DNA of 64,000 bases from Corallochytrium limacisporum Hawaii (lineage: Eukaryota; Protista; Pluriformea). The notes beneath the pieces were generated by a model. That model was not told the DNA's origin and made no database searches. It worked only from the letters and a program-made list of their open reading frames with translations. The DNA lies in contig PDIP01000025.1 of the NCBI GenBank assembly GCA_002811645.1, positions 1 through 64,000 of the forward strand, read 5' to 3'. The translations under genes and the position numbers were made by a program. Below, in pieces: positions 41,862 through 53,591 of this stretch; within the stretch, counting starts at the first letter, position 1, and every line of letters starts with the position of its first letter.

Positions 41862-44800
41862 TTCAATAATTACAAGGACCTCAATTCCCTGCTTTCGATA
41901 GTACGCAACCGAACCAGATTCACTTTGGAGCAGATTCAGACTGCCTTTTGTACCTAGTTCCGCCGTCCCTGATTACTGGGTGATGGTAAGCTGTCCTTCA
42001 ATCCTTTTGCAATCGAGTCCAGTGCCACTTGCAAAGAATCCTTTCTCAGGCACGCCGTTGGTTCCTGGCTTGCATTGGGAGATGATGGGACAATTGGAAC
42101 GACCAGACCGGACTAGTTCCCAAGTCTTCAGCTTCCCATGCTATTGCCATCCATCCACGAAATTCGTTCTATAGAGGAATCTGTAGTCTCATAATCCAAT
42201 ACTGTGTCCAATCCCCGTGTTAGCAGACTGATATTCACGGTTATGGTGGCTTTCTATGCACATCAAGACATACACTCTCTGCAGGGTCACTTTAGGTCCT
42301 GCAGGTACGATTTTGTATTGGGCCGGGGGAAAGGGGAAAGGGGAACACAATCATTTGCCCTGCGCACGCTTCATCTCGTACCCTTCTCCATTGGCTCAGT
42401 ATCAATTTACAACAAACCCGATGGCCCTCCGTCCCCCCATTCACTCAAATTCTATTTTCGGGGTGACTTTATGGTTGCCAGCCTGAGCAGAGTTCTGAAC
42501 ATGCCAGGTACTACATGTTCACCCGTCTGGAGCTGCCAAAATCCCTGTCCGCCACAGTTTCCCTTGTCACACAAGGTCCTGGAAGGACAGCTGACCAATT
42601 TGTTACAGTCTACCAGCCAAAGCGACAATCGCAGTGCAAATTTCTTTTGAATCTGTAGTGGACAGTGCAATAGCTTGCTCACTTTCGCATGGCCATCCTG
42701 TCTAGCTACCCAGCCCGGTGCGTCCACCCCTCAACCCCCGCAATTGCTAAAAAAAAAGCCTTCCATTTCATCGAACGACGTTCCCCCCGAAAGAAACTAC
42801 AAGAGAAGGAAAATCTTATAATAAATGGCCTTGCATGAAACAAGCAACAATTTTTGTAGCGACGGGTGGGGCAAAGTCTGCACGACAGTAAGCGCATTGC
42901 AGGTGCGGAAATCACTGCGCAGGCTGCTGACTCCGGGAAAGGTACGGTCACCAGCGGTTCCAGCATTGACCAAAAAAGAAAAAGAAAAAGGAGAGACCGG
43001 CGGATATATTTTAATATCCGGATTAGTTACGAACCTAGGGGTTGTGATCAATAACTTAAATTGGGGGTCAGTTTTGGAAGTATTGAACAGTCGGCCCTAA
43101 GACAATTCTTTGTCTAATTCGTTGATCCACTTGGAGCGGGTCAGCTGGTGGTGCTCCGCCTATCAGTTGGACTCAACCCGCTGCTGGCTAATTGCCAATC
43201 TCTATCAGTCCAGCGCATCCGATCCCTGGCTCTTGGCCCCCCCCCTCGGGGGGGTGGGGGCCGTTGTTCGTCGTTACACCATAGTGGGTTCATTGCAATC
43301 GTCCGTCCCCTGAGGAGGCTGCAGGAGATGTGTGGGGGAGGAGGGGCTGCTTTCGGGGACTTCGTTACGTCTGACTCCCCGCCCGGCCAACATCATACTG
43401 TACCAGATCGCAGATGTCCATATCCCCGGCCGTTTACCTTAGGTCTCGATCTGTAACATGCTTAAGCGAGGGAAGGCCTCTGATCCCGACAGCTGTCACT
43501 GGAAAAACGATGGATCAAAGTGGTAGAGTCCTGAATGCTAATCCCAGCGGCGGCGACGTTCCAACGTAGAATTACTATCTGACAGATAGAGCTGGTGCTG
43601 CGACATCTATTGGCTGTGGGGAGCTTGGGACTGATACTTTAAATATTCAATCAGACCACTGCGATTTCTCAAAGAGGACACAAACTGCTCACTCCCTCAT
43701 TCCAATGCAGCCGCCACTGAGACATACACAGCGAGACTGCAGTCCGGTGGGGGATTCATAGCAAATGAATCGCTCGCTCAGGAAATGTTCCTGAGCACCG
43801 GGCATAAAAAGTTAACCCCTTCGATTCACTGCCGATCAAACAAAACTATCTGCTGTAGTCCTAACCAGTAGGTAAGTGGGTAATCAGCAGGGTCACGCAA
43901 TCAAAAGAGCAATGTTGGCACCAGGTCTTGGCCAAAGATTGCCTCCCGATGAACTATATACTTTGGTGGGATACATTTTTGGTCTCCGCGAGTACTTAAA
44001 ACCACCAGTACCTGTGTATCCTCTTCACTTTGGTGCCAGGCCCACCAAGGGATATATTTCGGTCGGTTCCCCCAAACTCTGAGCACTCGTGGGTATATTG
44101 AATGAACATGGACTATTGTATTGTTGGGATTTGTTTTCCGCACTTTTGTGGGAGGGGAGTGGCGAATTTGAGCTCAATTTCCCTACACTTTATATATGGA
44201 GAACAAAGGTGTGTCGATGTCCCTGCCACTTGACTGGAACGTTCCAGTTCAATTCTTAGGGTACCACAACGTGAGAGCATATAGCTGTATTCAGGTTCCC
44301 TTTTCGCTATTGGGCTCCATGTGGTGCGGTCCTGGAAGTCCAAGTTTATTGCAACTGGTGCTGTAATTTAATCGGTAGCAGGTAGTACTGGGTCTGTAGT
44401 TTGCAGCCAGGGCCCGCGACATAGCGTCTGGCTGGCGCGATGGTTAACCTCTTTGACTCCCACAGGTCACGCGGGCTTATCCAATACTGAATGCCCGCTT
44501 TCCATCTGCTTGCAGTTGGGATCGACGGGAAACAAAACTGCAATTATCGTCACAGTGCCAGAACCACTGACGGCAGAGATCCTAAGAAAGAAGTTTCCAG
44601 AGCTAGCGTTTAGTTTGGATCATGAGACACCCCCAATGTGGCAGTGGCTGTGAAACATGTCTATGATGTGGCCTCTGATCTTTGGTCGATTGTCTGTGTG
44701 GGGCTGCCTTGCCATTTTGTTCTCGGTTTCGAACCCATGAGAGGAAAGAACCCAAGCTGGTGTCTGTGTACAGCTGCGTGGGTTCCAGCTGCTGTATGAG

Positions 44801-46944
44801 CCCATAACGTTTTGAAACCCGCTGTCCTCTTCCCTCCCACTCTTATACGCTGCATCAATATCTGTACACAGTATGTATGTATGTATGTCTGTAGGGACTA
44901 TGAAGCTACTTTCCGTTCCATCATTCTTTGACATGTGCGCTTTGTGGCAGCGTAGCATAGGAACACCACACCTGACCCAGTCTGCAACAGTCGCACTCCA
45001 TAAGAGAAAGAGACAGCCTACCATAAATTCACGCCTCCTGGTTGTAGCGTGCTTCTCTTCTTTATGAAAGCCGGACGTTGCAAATCACCCCCTGGTCACC
45101 CGCAATTCACCAACAAGAGGCTCCCTCGAACAGCTGACCTGCTTGGGGGTGGCGGACTCGCACGGACGTGACGCATGCAAGGCAGACAGTAGTACCAAAT
45201 ACAAACGGTCTCGAACCTTAAAGTGCACGACACTCATGTCCAAAGTCTTCGAGTCCTGCCCACCCTGAACACAGAGGGTTAGCCCCAGCTCCAGCTGGTG
45301 TCGACTTGTGCACAGCAATCGGTGCCAGAAGCGCAATTATATGTCGTCATGAAAATAAGCTAAGGGGTTGATAGTAAATAAACTGCAGTACTGTGAGCCG
45401 TGCCGCATGTGTGACGATACTTTGCTTTTTAAGTCTTCTTCCCGGACGGGCTCGTACTACTGATTCTCAGACTAGTCATCTGCCCCTCCCCCGCACCCCC
45501 CCCTCGCGCGGCCTTCCTTCCCTCCCCAAAGCAAGGTTGCAGATTGTTCCTTGCTCTGTGTTAAGTATGCTGCGGCTGTCCTCTTTCCCCTGAAAGCCAC
45601 ACCGGGAATTTTTCCTTGTCCCACAAACCCCCATTGCTGTCTCTTCCTTGCCAAAATGCGGTCTGGGCACCTGGGTGCGGAACTCAAGTTTCTCCCCGTA
45701 CAGGTCAGTCTTTCACTATAGCCGGCACATCAGCTGCTGTCAGTTGCAATACTGCTGCTGCACCTGAGAGATGACTCGACGTGATAGAGTTGCCGTGCCC
45801 TGAGTTGGCTGGGGTGAAAGGCGGCTACTCAGTTTACCTTCCAAGATGTTCTGATGTACCAATATTTCGACTCCAGCGAAGAAGGAACTCCTGCATTTAA
45901 TACTCGGCGCGGAAGAAGCACAAAAGGAACTGATACGGTACCTAAGCCCATACAAATGAGCCCATTCCGTGTATATCTCCCGGATCGTCGCCCCCAACAC
46001 TGAGCGCTGGGACCCGACAGTGTCTGCAGACAGAAATGCGTGGTGTTCGTTTTGACAAACCAAAAAAAAAGAAGTTCGGTGCTTCGGTGCTTTCCCCATT
46101 CTCCGCCTCCCCCCCCCCCTCCCGGGGCCCCGCTCCTCTTCCCCCGCCGCCTGGGGTGATGTACCCTTCTTTTTTGGACTCCGTTCCTACAATAGCTTCT
46201 CTCGTTCGTTGCCGTCGTCAATATCGCTGCCGCTTTCTTTGAACCCTTCGACCTGGCTGCCCCATTCGGCGGATCTGCGATGTGAAAGAGTCTCCGGGCC
46301 GGGAAAGAGTGGTTCCCCCCCCCCCCGGGGCGTCTGAGTTTACGACTCGTATGTTTCGTTGCGGGAGATAAAATATTCTTGTCCGGTCTGTACTGAATAA
46401 CTTGCACAATTGTCAGAGGCTATGTTGATGTGCGGAAACGGTGTGCACAGACTCAGGGGACCGCAAACAGTATCCTATCGGTGGGTCCCGGTTTCATAAG
46501 GTCCCTTTGAATATGGAGGCTTGGTGCACCCACTAATCAATGCCACATATATTCAGTACCAACAACAGGCAGAGACTGGTAGGAGCATTCTTCGGGGGAT
46601 GAGGGCGGGCGGTGACGCGAATTCAACGAGGAAAACTGGATAGAGGAAGCGATTCGAAAGGGTCCCATCATCATCTGAGGGTGCACGTCGCACGTTCAGA
46701 AGAACAAGCTGTGCCACACGGTTTTGGCTGACGACCAGCACTTCCGCCTCACGGGTATCAGCTGATGATAATGGATGCGGTCATAGCTACCACCGAACTA
46801 TATGCCAAGAGCACACAAAGAGGTATGTAAGCTATTTCCAGTTTCGTAAGTGAATGCACAGGCAGCAAGGTCTCATGGACTTGAAGTTAACTGCACGAAT
46901 ATATTCGGAACGACAAGAGAGTCCCAAATCAAAGTGAAACAGAT

Positions 46945-48957
46945 ATGACATCAGAGGTCCATATCGACGTTCCCGCCTTCGCGGAAGAGCGGATCGCGTC
47001 TTCCAAGAAGAGACAGGATGAGCGAATGAAGATCACATACGAGGACGTGAATTTTGAAGTCTATCGGAAACTCGGCCGCAAGGAAAAGGCTCCCCCAGGA
47101 GTTACAGTTTCTGATGATGGCAAAGGCTACACCAGGAATATTTTGAAGAATATTAATGGTACCTTTGAACCTGGACGTCTGACAGCCATCATGGGTGCCT
47201 CTGGTGCGGGTAAGACAACTCTACTCAACGCTATTGCTGGCAACTTCACGACAGGTACACTGAAGGGCAAAGTGTCCGTTAATGGCAAAGAGTGCCATGC
47301 CAAAACGATGGCCAAGCTGAGTGGTTTCGTTTATCAGGAAGATCTTCTTCTAGACACACAGACTGTGCGGGAAGTTATTTATACAAGTGCTCGTCTGCGC
47401 CTGCCGAAAGCCTACTCTGACGAATTGGTAAGGGAACGGGTTGAGGACATTATTGATATGCTGCATCTGAGCAAGGTGGCAGATACATACATCGGAGACA
47501 CGTCCAAGAAAGGAATTTCGGGTGGTGAGAAGAAGCGTACCGCTGTGGCTGTTGAAATGATTACCAACCCAGCCATTCTGTACTTGGATGAACCAACCAG
47601 TGGTCTGGATACTTTCACAGCTTTCAGTGTGGTCAAGAATCTTCACGATTTGGCGGAAATGGGTCGCACAGTGGTTGCCACCATTCATCAGCCTTCCTCG
47701 GAAATCTTCTTCATGTTTGATGATGTTGTTCTTTTGGCCGATGGTGAGGTAATGTATCACGGTCCAGTGAGGAAGATTGTAGAGTACTTTGCCAAACGCG
47801 GCTATCCTACCCCTACGTATTCCAACCCGGCTGACTTTTTGTTTATGAAGGTGCTGAATACCACGGGCATTGAGGGAGTACAGCACGTTTTGGAGGCGGG
47901 ATCCGGCAGCAGCGCATCCGATGAGATTTCTAACGAGGACGACCAAAAGAAGTCGGAACACCTTCGCTATTCTGCCAGCTCGGAAGATCCCATTCTTCGC
48001 ATCAGGACACTTCTGGGATTGTGGCCCAGGAGTGAAGAGTATCAAGAACTGATGTTGAAGATGAATAAGAACAACGGCTCAGGACTTGGTTCTGCTTTGT
48101 TGAAGAGCAGCGCTGATATGTTCCTGCAGTTCAAGGTCCTTGCCGCTCGCAACTCTGCAAATGCGCTGAGAAATCCACTCATTGTGCGCGCTAAATTCGG
48201 ATCAACCATTTTCATTGCCTTGATTATGGGTCTCATCTATCTTGACATTGGTCTTGACCAGGAGAGTGTACAGGGGCGCCTGGGTTCTCTCTTCTTCATA
48301 GCTGTCAACTACGTCTTCAGTGCCGCTATCGGTACTGTCTCCGTGTTTGGCATGGAGCGGAAGGTCTTTGAGCGTGAGTATGCTGGCAATTTCTACGGCC
48401 TCACGTCTTACTTTGTCTCCAAGGTGGTAACAGAGCTGCCCTACTCTGTCATCTTCCCCATGATTGGTTCTGCCATTATGTACTGGATGATTGGCTACCA
48501 GGCGGACGCCGGCAAGTTCTTCATCTATACTTTGACCTTGATTTTATTGGCCAATGCTGGTGGTGCCATCGGTATCTTCGCCGGCTGTGCCTTTAGTGAT
48601 CTAGCTGTCGCGAATGCTATTCTACCCCTGATCATTTTGCCACTCATGATCTTCTCAGGCTTCTTTGTCAACGACGACAACATCCCGCCATACTTTGACT
48701 GGATCAAGTACCTGAGTCCCATGAAGTATGGATTCTCTGTGCTGGCACAGAATGAATTCGATGGGCTTGAGTTTGAGTGCGAACCGAATCAACCCTGTTT
48801 CGAGAACGGTCAGCAGGTAATCGATGCTTACAATCTGGCTGACGATGGTGGCATTGCCGAAAATCTCATCTACCTCACGTTGCTCTACATCGGACTGATG
48901 ATTTGCTCGTACTTTGCTCTGTATATGCTCGTCCGCAAGACCCGCAAGAACAAGTAA
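46945..48957 (+). CDS. ABCG (White-family) half transporter
   Basis: GASGAGKTT, ISGGEKKR, LDEPTSGLD, TIHQPSS, NPADF, six-TM C-terminal domain. Confidence 0.97.
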   Translation: MTSEVHIDVPAFAEERIASSKKRQDERMKITYEDVNFEVYRKLGRKEKAPPGVTVSDDGKGYTRNILKNINGTFEPGRLTAIMGASGAGKTTLLNAIAGNFTTGTLKGKVSVNGKECHAKTMAKLSGFVYQEDLLLDTQTVREVIYTSARLRLPKAYSDELVRERVEDIIDMLHLSKVADTYIGDTSKKGISGGEKKRTAVAVEMITNPAILYLDEPTSGLDTFTAFSVVKNLHDLAEMGRTVVATIHQPSSEIFFMFDDVVLLADGEVMYHGPVRKIVEYFAKRGYPTPTYSNPADFLFMKVLNTTGIEGVQHVLEAGSGSSASDEISNEDDQKKSEHLRYSASSEDPILRIRTLLGLWPRSEEYQELMLKMNKNNGSGLGSALLKSSADMFLQFKVLAARNSANALRNPLIVRAKFGSTIFIALIMGLIYLDIGLDQESVQGRLGSLFFIAVNYVFSAAIGTVSVFGMERKVFEREYAGNFYGLTSYFVSKVVTELPYSVIFPMIGSAIMYWMIGYQADAGKFFIYTLTLILLANAGGAIGIFAGCAFSDLAVANAILPLIILPLMIFSGFFVNDDNIPPYFDWIKYLSPMKYGFSVLAQNEFDGLEFECEPNQPCFENGQQVIDAYNLADDGGIAENLIYLTLLYIGLMICSYFALYMLVRKTRKNK

Positions 48958-49473
48958 ATCTTGCATTTAGCACCCACTCATATTGTAGAACATGCATACA
49001 TCGTCCATATTACACCACATATTATATTGCCGTACCTACATCATTCAAGAGCCCGCTTTTTTTTCGGACTCTGTTTCTGTTTAACCCTTGACTGGGCTCA
49101 CAAGGGATCTACCTATTCGCCTGCTGACTCGCCCAGGTCACTGGGGTGATTACTGAATCTAAGGGGGGAGGGCTGTCAGAACTATCGAAGCGATGTGTGG
49201 AGCATTTGGAAGGGTCTCGAACGCGCCAAAGAGACCCAAAGCACCTGGGGAGTATTCCTGGCAGGTATATATGATAACACAAAGCTGTGTTACGCAATGG
49301 ACACTTTGGTGCATGGACGGTGGACTGTATTTTATGAAATAGTGAAGACAAGTCCACTGTGGGTCCTGTGTCAGACCTAGCGTTAGTGTTTGCGAAGGGC
49401 GACTTCAATGGGTGTGACATCATCTAAAAACCAACTTAGAACGGCTGCTTAAGAAAGCCATACACGTTATTCC

Positions 49474-50259
49474 ATGGGTCATTCGATCATTGAAATGGGT
49501 CGTAGTAATATTGGAGACAGAAATCCAGCGGCTAAGGATGATAAACCGAGGTCTCTAGCCGCAACAGACTCAACGGAGCGATTTAGCTACCGTGTACTAG
49601 GCTTTGACATTGTCATGCTACTTACAGAACTTGCCTGTGAAAATTACATGGTTCAGGTGGTATCACGCACTCCGAGTACATCAGAAAAACCATTGTATGA
49701 TTATTATCGAGAGCAGTTTTTGGAGAATGATTGGGTGTACTGGTGGAGTCATGTTGGGTACGACTATCCCCAGGCAACATTTGACGAATGGCTAATCCTG
49801 TGGCTGATTGTCGGCTTTGCCCACGGTTTGGCGGGTATCTTGTTGATCCATCGCCAGGTGCGGTGCATTTGGATCACTCGATGGTTGCGTGTAATGACAT
49901 TCTGGTCTGTGATCCTTCCAAATCCACGGGAACATTGCGCGAGGAGACTGAAGGGAGAACCAAAGTTCTGGTCACCCATGGTCGGAGGGGCATGTAAGGA
50001 CCTGATATTTTCGGGCCACACTGTATTCTACACCATGTTCCTGGTCATGGGATACTGGTTGGCCCGACGATACGAACGTCAGACCCGGAGGTATGGTTGG
50101 CTCCTGTGGGTCTTGATGTTGAACATATTTGCACAGAGGTCCGTACGTGCGGTGACTGAGCGCATGCACTACAGTATTGATATGCTAGTCGGATTCTATG
50201 TCACCTTTTTGGTATGGAAGGTCGAGGAGCTATATTTCTGGCTCCCAAGTCCTTGGTGA
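49474..50259 (+). CDS. Sphingomyelin/IPC-synthase-like phosphotransferase (PAP2 superfamily)
   Basis: RVMTF...LPNPREHC, CKDLIFSGHT, RMHYSIDM catalytic His/His/Asp motifs. Confidence 0.82.
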   Translation: MGHSIIEMGRSNIGDRNPAAKDDKPRSLAATDSTERFSYRVLGFDIVMLLTELACENYMVQVVSRTPSTSEKPLYDYYREQFLENDWVYWWSHVGYDYPQATFDEWLILWLIVGFAHGLAGILLIHRQVRCIWITRWLRVMTFWSVILPNPREHCARRLKGEPKFWSPMVGGACKDLIFSGHTVFYTMFLVMGYWLARRYERQTRRYGWLLWVLMLNIFAQRSVRAVTERMHYSIDMLVGFYVTFLVWKVEELYFWLPSPW

Positions 50260-50306
50260 TTCTATTACACTATGTTACATACGACTTCTACACCTAACTT
50301 ATCAAC

Positions 50307-53300
50307 TCATGTTGTGAGCAGATTCGGAATGGAGGGTACCTGTGAACCCATTACCCGAGCACCATATACATCAGGGAAACTCTCAAAGCCGTCACGGGGT
50401 CGGATATAGCCGTCCGGAGTCACCATAATAGGGTATGCCATGAGATGACCACTCATTGGTAAATCATCCTGAGATGCGAACGCGGCCAGATTCTTATCTG
50501 CGCATTCCTGAACGCGCCTCCTGCATTCTATCGAGCTGGGATCATCAAAGATAGGATCGTAGTGGCCAAGGTGCTCTGCAAACAGCGACCGACGAAATCC
50601 ACTAACGATCCCACGCGGCAAAGGTGCGTCCGGGTTGCCACAGCGCACAGTACGTTTCTCACTGTCCACCATCAGCGGTGGAAGCGTGTATCCTTTCTGT
50701 GAAGCGGCCACGGCCATCTCGGTGTCCCGGGTGCCTTCGAGACTTCGATTGTTGATGTTTGCGGAACCAATGAGCACGACTTCATCATCCACAATCATCA
50801 TCTTGGAGTGAACGTAGATTGGGGCGCGATTGGTGCGGGCCATCGCAGATCCGCCAGACTTTGAAGAGGCTTTTTGAACCTTACGACGAAGTGCGAAGCC
50901 TTTGCTAACATCTTCAAAACTTTGCTCGGGAGGGTTAACGTCAGCTCCTTCCTTCCAGGTGCGCGGCATGTCACGAACAAGTCGCTGTTCCTCATCGACT
51001 GGAAGCAAAGGTTGATGGGGTTGTTCTGGCTCCCGAGTCCCTAGAGCAAAGAATTTAAGATAGTCTGTGGGTTTCCTATCTGTGACTCCATGTTCCTCTA
51101 GAGCCTTACCAATCTGACTGTACATCATTGTCTGAGTCTTGTGCTGCCAATGCAAAATAACTTGCATGGCACCCGCGGTCGGATGGCCTTCTGGCCACAG
51201 CGGCATGACTACATAAGCACAAAATTCTTCTCCGCTGCGGATCTTTGATACACATTTTCGTGCAATTTCACCGGGCACAAGATTGTTTGCACCGCACTCT
51301 TGGTGACTGTCCCACAACTGACAGCTTCCCAAAAAGTATTGGTTCTCAACGAAAATGTATCGCTGTGCACGACGAATATGGTGAACGTATGCTCGACTAA
51401 TGGAGTCATCAATGAATCGGCCCTTCTTGAATGTGCCAAATTGATGCAGCTGACTTGGTTTTCGCTCAAAAATTGCGCTTCGTTCGTCAATGCTTCTCAA
51501 ATATTGCGCCCGCCAAGGGGCCCGAGATGGCGGCAGTACTTTCTGTGGAGGTCCGGAATCGTCAAAATGTGCATGCCTCGGTTCAGTCGAACGCATTCCG
51601 TTCGGCCGATCTTTCCTCATGGAACGCGAGGTTTTATGTACCGAATCGGGACTGTCGTCTGGCTCCTCTTCAATTGCAGAGGGAGGTTCACTCAGCGCTA
51701 AACCGTGAGCATGCTCCGGACAAATCTCGTGTTCCTTTATGGTCAGGAACTTCTTAGGGTCACTGATGTTTTTTAGGATGGCCGTCGGTCTGCGGCTGTC
51801 ACGGGTCCAGCGTTCATGGAAATTCTCCAACAGATCAAAGACGACCGGTCCTTCTACCCTCACGTGGATATCATGCCACGGCTCCCGAGGGCCATAAATC
51901 TTGTTCACTCCAGGAACCATATTCTGAATAAAGTCCTCAGCATGAACGTTATCGATGGTACTGAATAACTCATGGCCTGGAGAATCGTAGCGACCGTGAG
52001 TAAGGTCAATGCCACCTAGGAACGCGATGAAGCGACGTCGCTCTAAATCGGCGACATCCTTTTCTCCTCGCATGCGATCTCGCAGTTCCCGGAACCTTGT
52101 GTATATCTTGTCTCTTCTGCGTACATTTTCCATCTCGGTGGTTCGGAAGCTATCCCTCATCTTTTGAGAATCTAAGCTTGGCCGTTGTGGCCTCAAACTG
52201 TCCATGCCTGGGTCACGTTCATCCACCTCCGCTTCAGAGATCTCGAGCCCCGTTGATTGTGTACGAGACCTGGACCTCGAACGAGCTTGAGACTTTCTCG
52301 TTCCGTCTATTTCTGTCAAGGTGTTGCTTCGAACAAACTTTGGAGGTGCTCCTGACAGATCCACAGATCCTCGTGTCTGTTGTACATCCTCACTGACCTT
52401 CGCAACAATATCCCTAAACTTCGAAGTTCCCGTTCCCGACTTCATAGACTTCATTGCAGTCTTCCGTTGATCCTGTAAACTTGAACCCAGGGCCTCGATG
52501 GTCACTTTGGGAAGAACTAACTCGTCACCGCTGGGAATGGCGTCCACAATCACACACTTTTGGTGATGGGTGAAGGTGGTGTTGATTAGGAATCCAGATC
52601 CGAAGCCGACAGTTCGATCAGCGTGCCGTGTGGTCTTCTTCACGCGAACCTTTGTGCGTCTGAAGAATTTCTTGGTTTGTTCATCATGAGTGCCCATCAT
52701 ACCATCTGTCGATCGGATACCCATGTCAATGCTTGTCTGATCGTCCCATAGAAGCAAGCGGACATCCACTCCTTCAAAGTCTGCTTTGTGTTTCAAAATG
52801 TCTCCCAGTTTCATTTGTGGGTTCTCTTTGTAAAAATCAGGAATCTCCTGCTCGGCGCCAAGATCTATACTATCTCGCACAATTTGAAGATCGGTCCACA
52901 CTGCCCATCCTACGATGTAGATTACACGCTTTGCTCTGCAGATGGCTCTGAAAGTGTCATGCCACAGAGGAGCAGCCTTGTAAACCTCTCCACAGGCAAG
53001 GGGAATGTCAGGAAGCTGTCCTTCTTTCACATGCGCATCCTGATACGGAATCACTCGATTTCCATCACTCATCCCGAAGTATGCTTCGGGCACCTGAGGT
53101 TGATCGAGATGTGGCGTTTCATGCCAGTGCGCATACTTTACATCCAGGCAAATCTCACCAGCATAGTCACCTCCTGGAGTGCGAAGGTCAAACCAACCAG
53201 ATACCTCCCTCTGTTGCACCAATCTGTAAGCTGGTATGGCGACAGACCCAAGGAGTTGCATACCCACTAGATCCTTATCTTTCACCTGCACTAGGAGCTC

Positions 53301-53591
53301 TGAGGACTCTGCCAGTACGGGAAAGGAGAAGCGCTCGTTCCAAACTGGTGTCAGAGTGTTGGATTTGACACTGGTCTTAATTCTCCTTGTTCGTCCCACA
53401 TGCACTGTTACGTAGGGATCAGATGCGGCCCACTGACTTAACCATTTCGAGACTTTGGACTGGTTTTTCTGTCCGCTCCCTGGACTTGGTGTTTCACGCC
53501 GCTTGGGAGCAAAACAATACAGGGCGTCAGCAGCTGGAAGGTCACGCGCCTCCCGAACCACTACCACAATGCTTCCATGGAGCCAGACCAT
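50307..53591 (-). CDS. C2-domain phospholipase D (plant PLD alpha-delta architecture)
   Basis: WLHG...DLPAAD, SDPYV C2 domain; YQDAH, IYIVGW, THHQKCVIVD, PREPWHDIH, ENQYFLGS, IYVHSKMMIVDDE...GSANIN.RSLEGTRDTE; ends PNLLTT. Confidence 0.95.
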   Translation of the reverse strand: MVWLHGSIVVVVREARDLPAADALYCFAPKRRETPSPGSGQKNQSKVSKWLSQWAASDPYVTVHVGRTRRIKTSVKSNTLTPVWNERFSFPVLAESSELLVQVKDKDLVGMQLLGSVAIPAYRLVQQREVSGWFDLRTPGGDYAGEICLDVKYAHWHETPHLDQPQVPEAYFGMSDGNRVIPYQDAHVKEGQLPDIPLACGEVYKAAPLWHDTFRAICRAKRVIYIVGWAVWTDLQIVRDSIDLGAEQEIPDFYKENPQMKLGDILKHKADFEGVDVRLLLWDDQTSIDMGIRSTDGMMGTHDEQTKKFFRRTKVRVKKTTRHADRTVGFGSGFLINTTFTHHQKCVIVDAIPSGDELVLPKVTIEALGSSLQDQRKTAMKSMKSGTGTSKFRDIVAKVSEDVQQTRGSVDLSGAPPKFVRSNTLTEIDGTRKSQARSRSRSRTQSTGLEISEAEVDERDPGMDSLRPQRPSLDSQKMRDSFRTTEMENVRRRDKIYTRFRELRDRMRGEKDVADLERRRFIAFLGGIDLTHGRYDSPGHELFSTIDNVHAEDFIQNMVPGVNKIYGPREPWHDIHVRVEGPVVFDLLENFHERWTRDSRRPTAILKNISDPKKFLTIKEHEICPEHAHGLALSEPPSAIEEEPDDSPDSVHKTSRSMRKDRPNGMRSTEPRHAHFDDSGPPQKVLPPSRAPWRAQYLRSIDERSAIFERKPSQLHQFGTFKKGRFIDDSISRAYVHHIRRAQRYIFVENQYFLGSCQLWDSHQECGANNLVPGEIARKCVSKIRSGEEFCAYVVMPLWPEGHPTAGAMQVILHWQHKTQTMMYSQIGKALEEHGVTDRKPTDYLKFFALGTREPEQPHQPLLPVDEEQRLVRDMPRTWKEGADVNPPEQSFEDVSKGFALRRKVQKASSKSGGSAMARTNRAPIYVHSKMMIVDDEVVLIGSANINNRSLEGTRDTEMAVAASQKGYTLPPLMVDSEKRTVRCGNPDAPLPRGIVSGFRRSLFAEHLGHYDPIFDDPSSIECRRRVQECADKNLAAFASQDDLPMSGHLMAYPIMVTPDGYIRPRDGFESFPDVYGARVMGSQVPSIPNLLTT

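Noticed and set aside
43468-43660. RNase P/MRP or telomerase RNA
   Set aside because: GGGAAGGCCTCTGA and TCAGACC do not form a proper P4 helix, and no 1.5-repeat CTAACCCTAA template was found nearby
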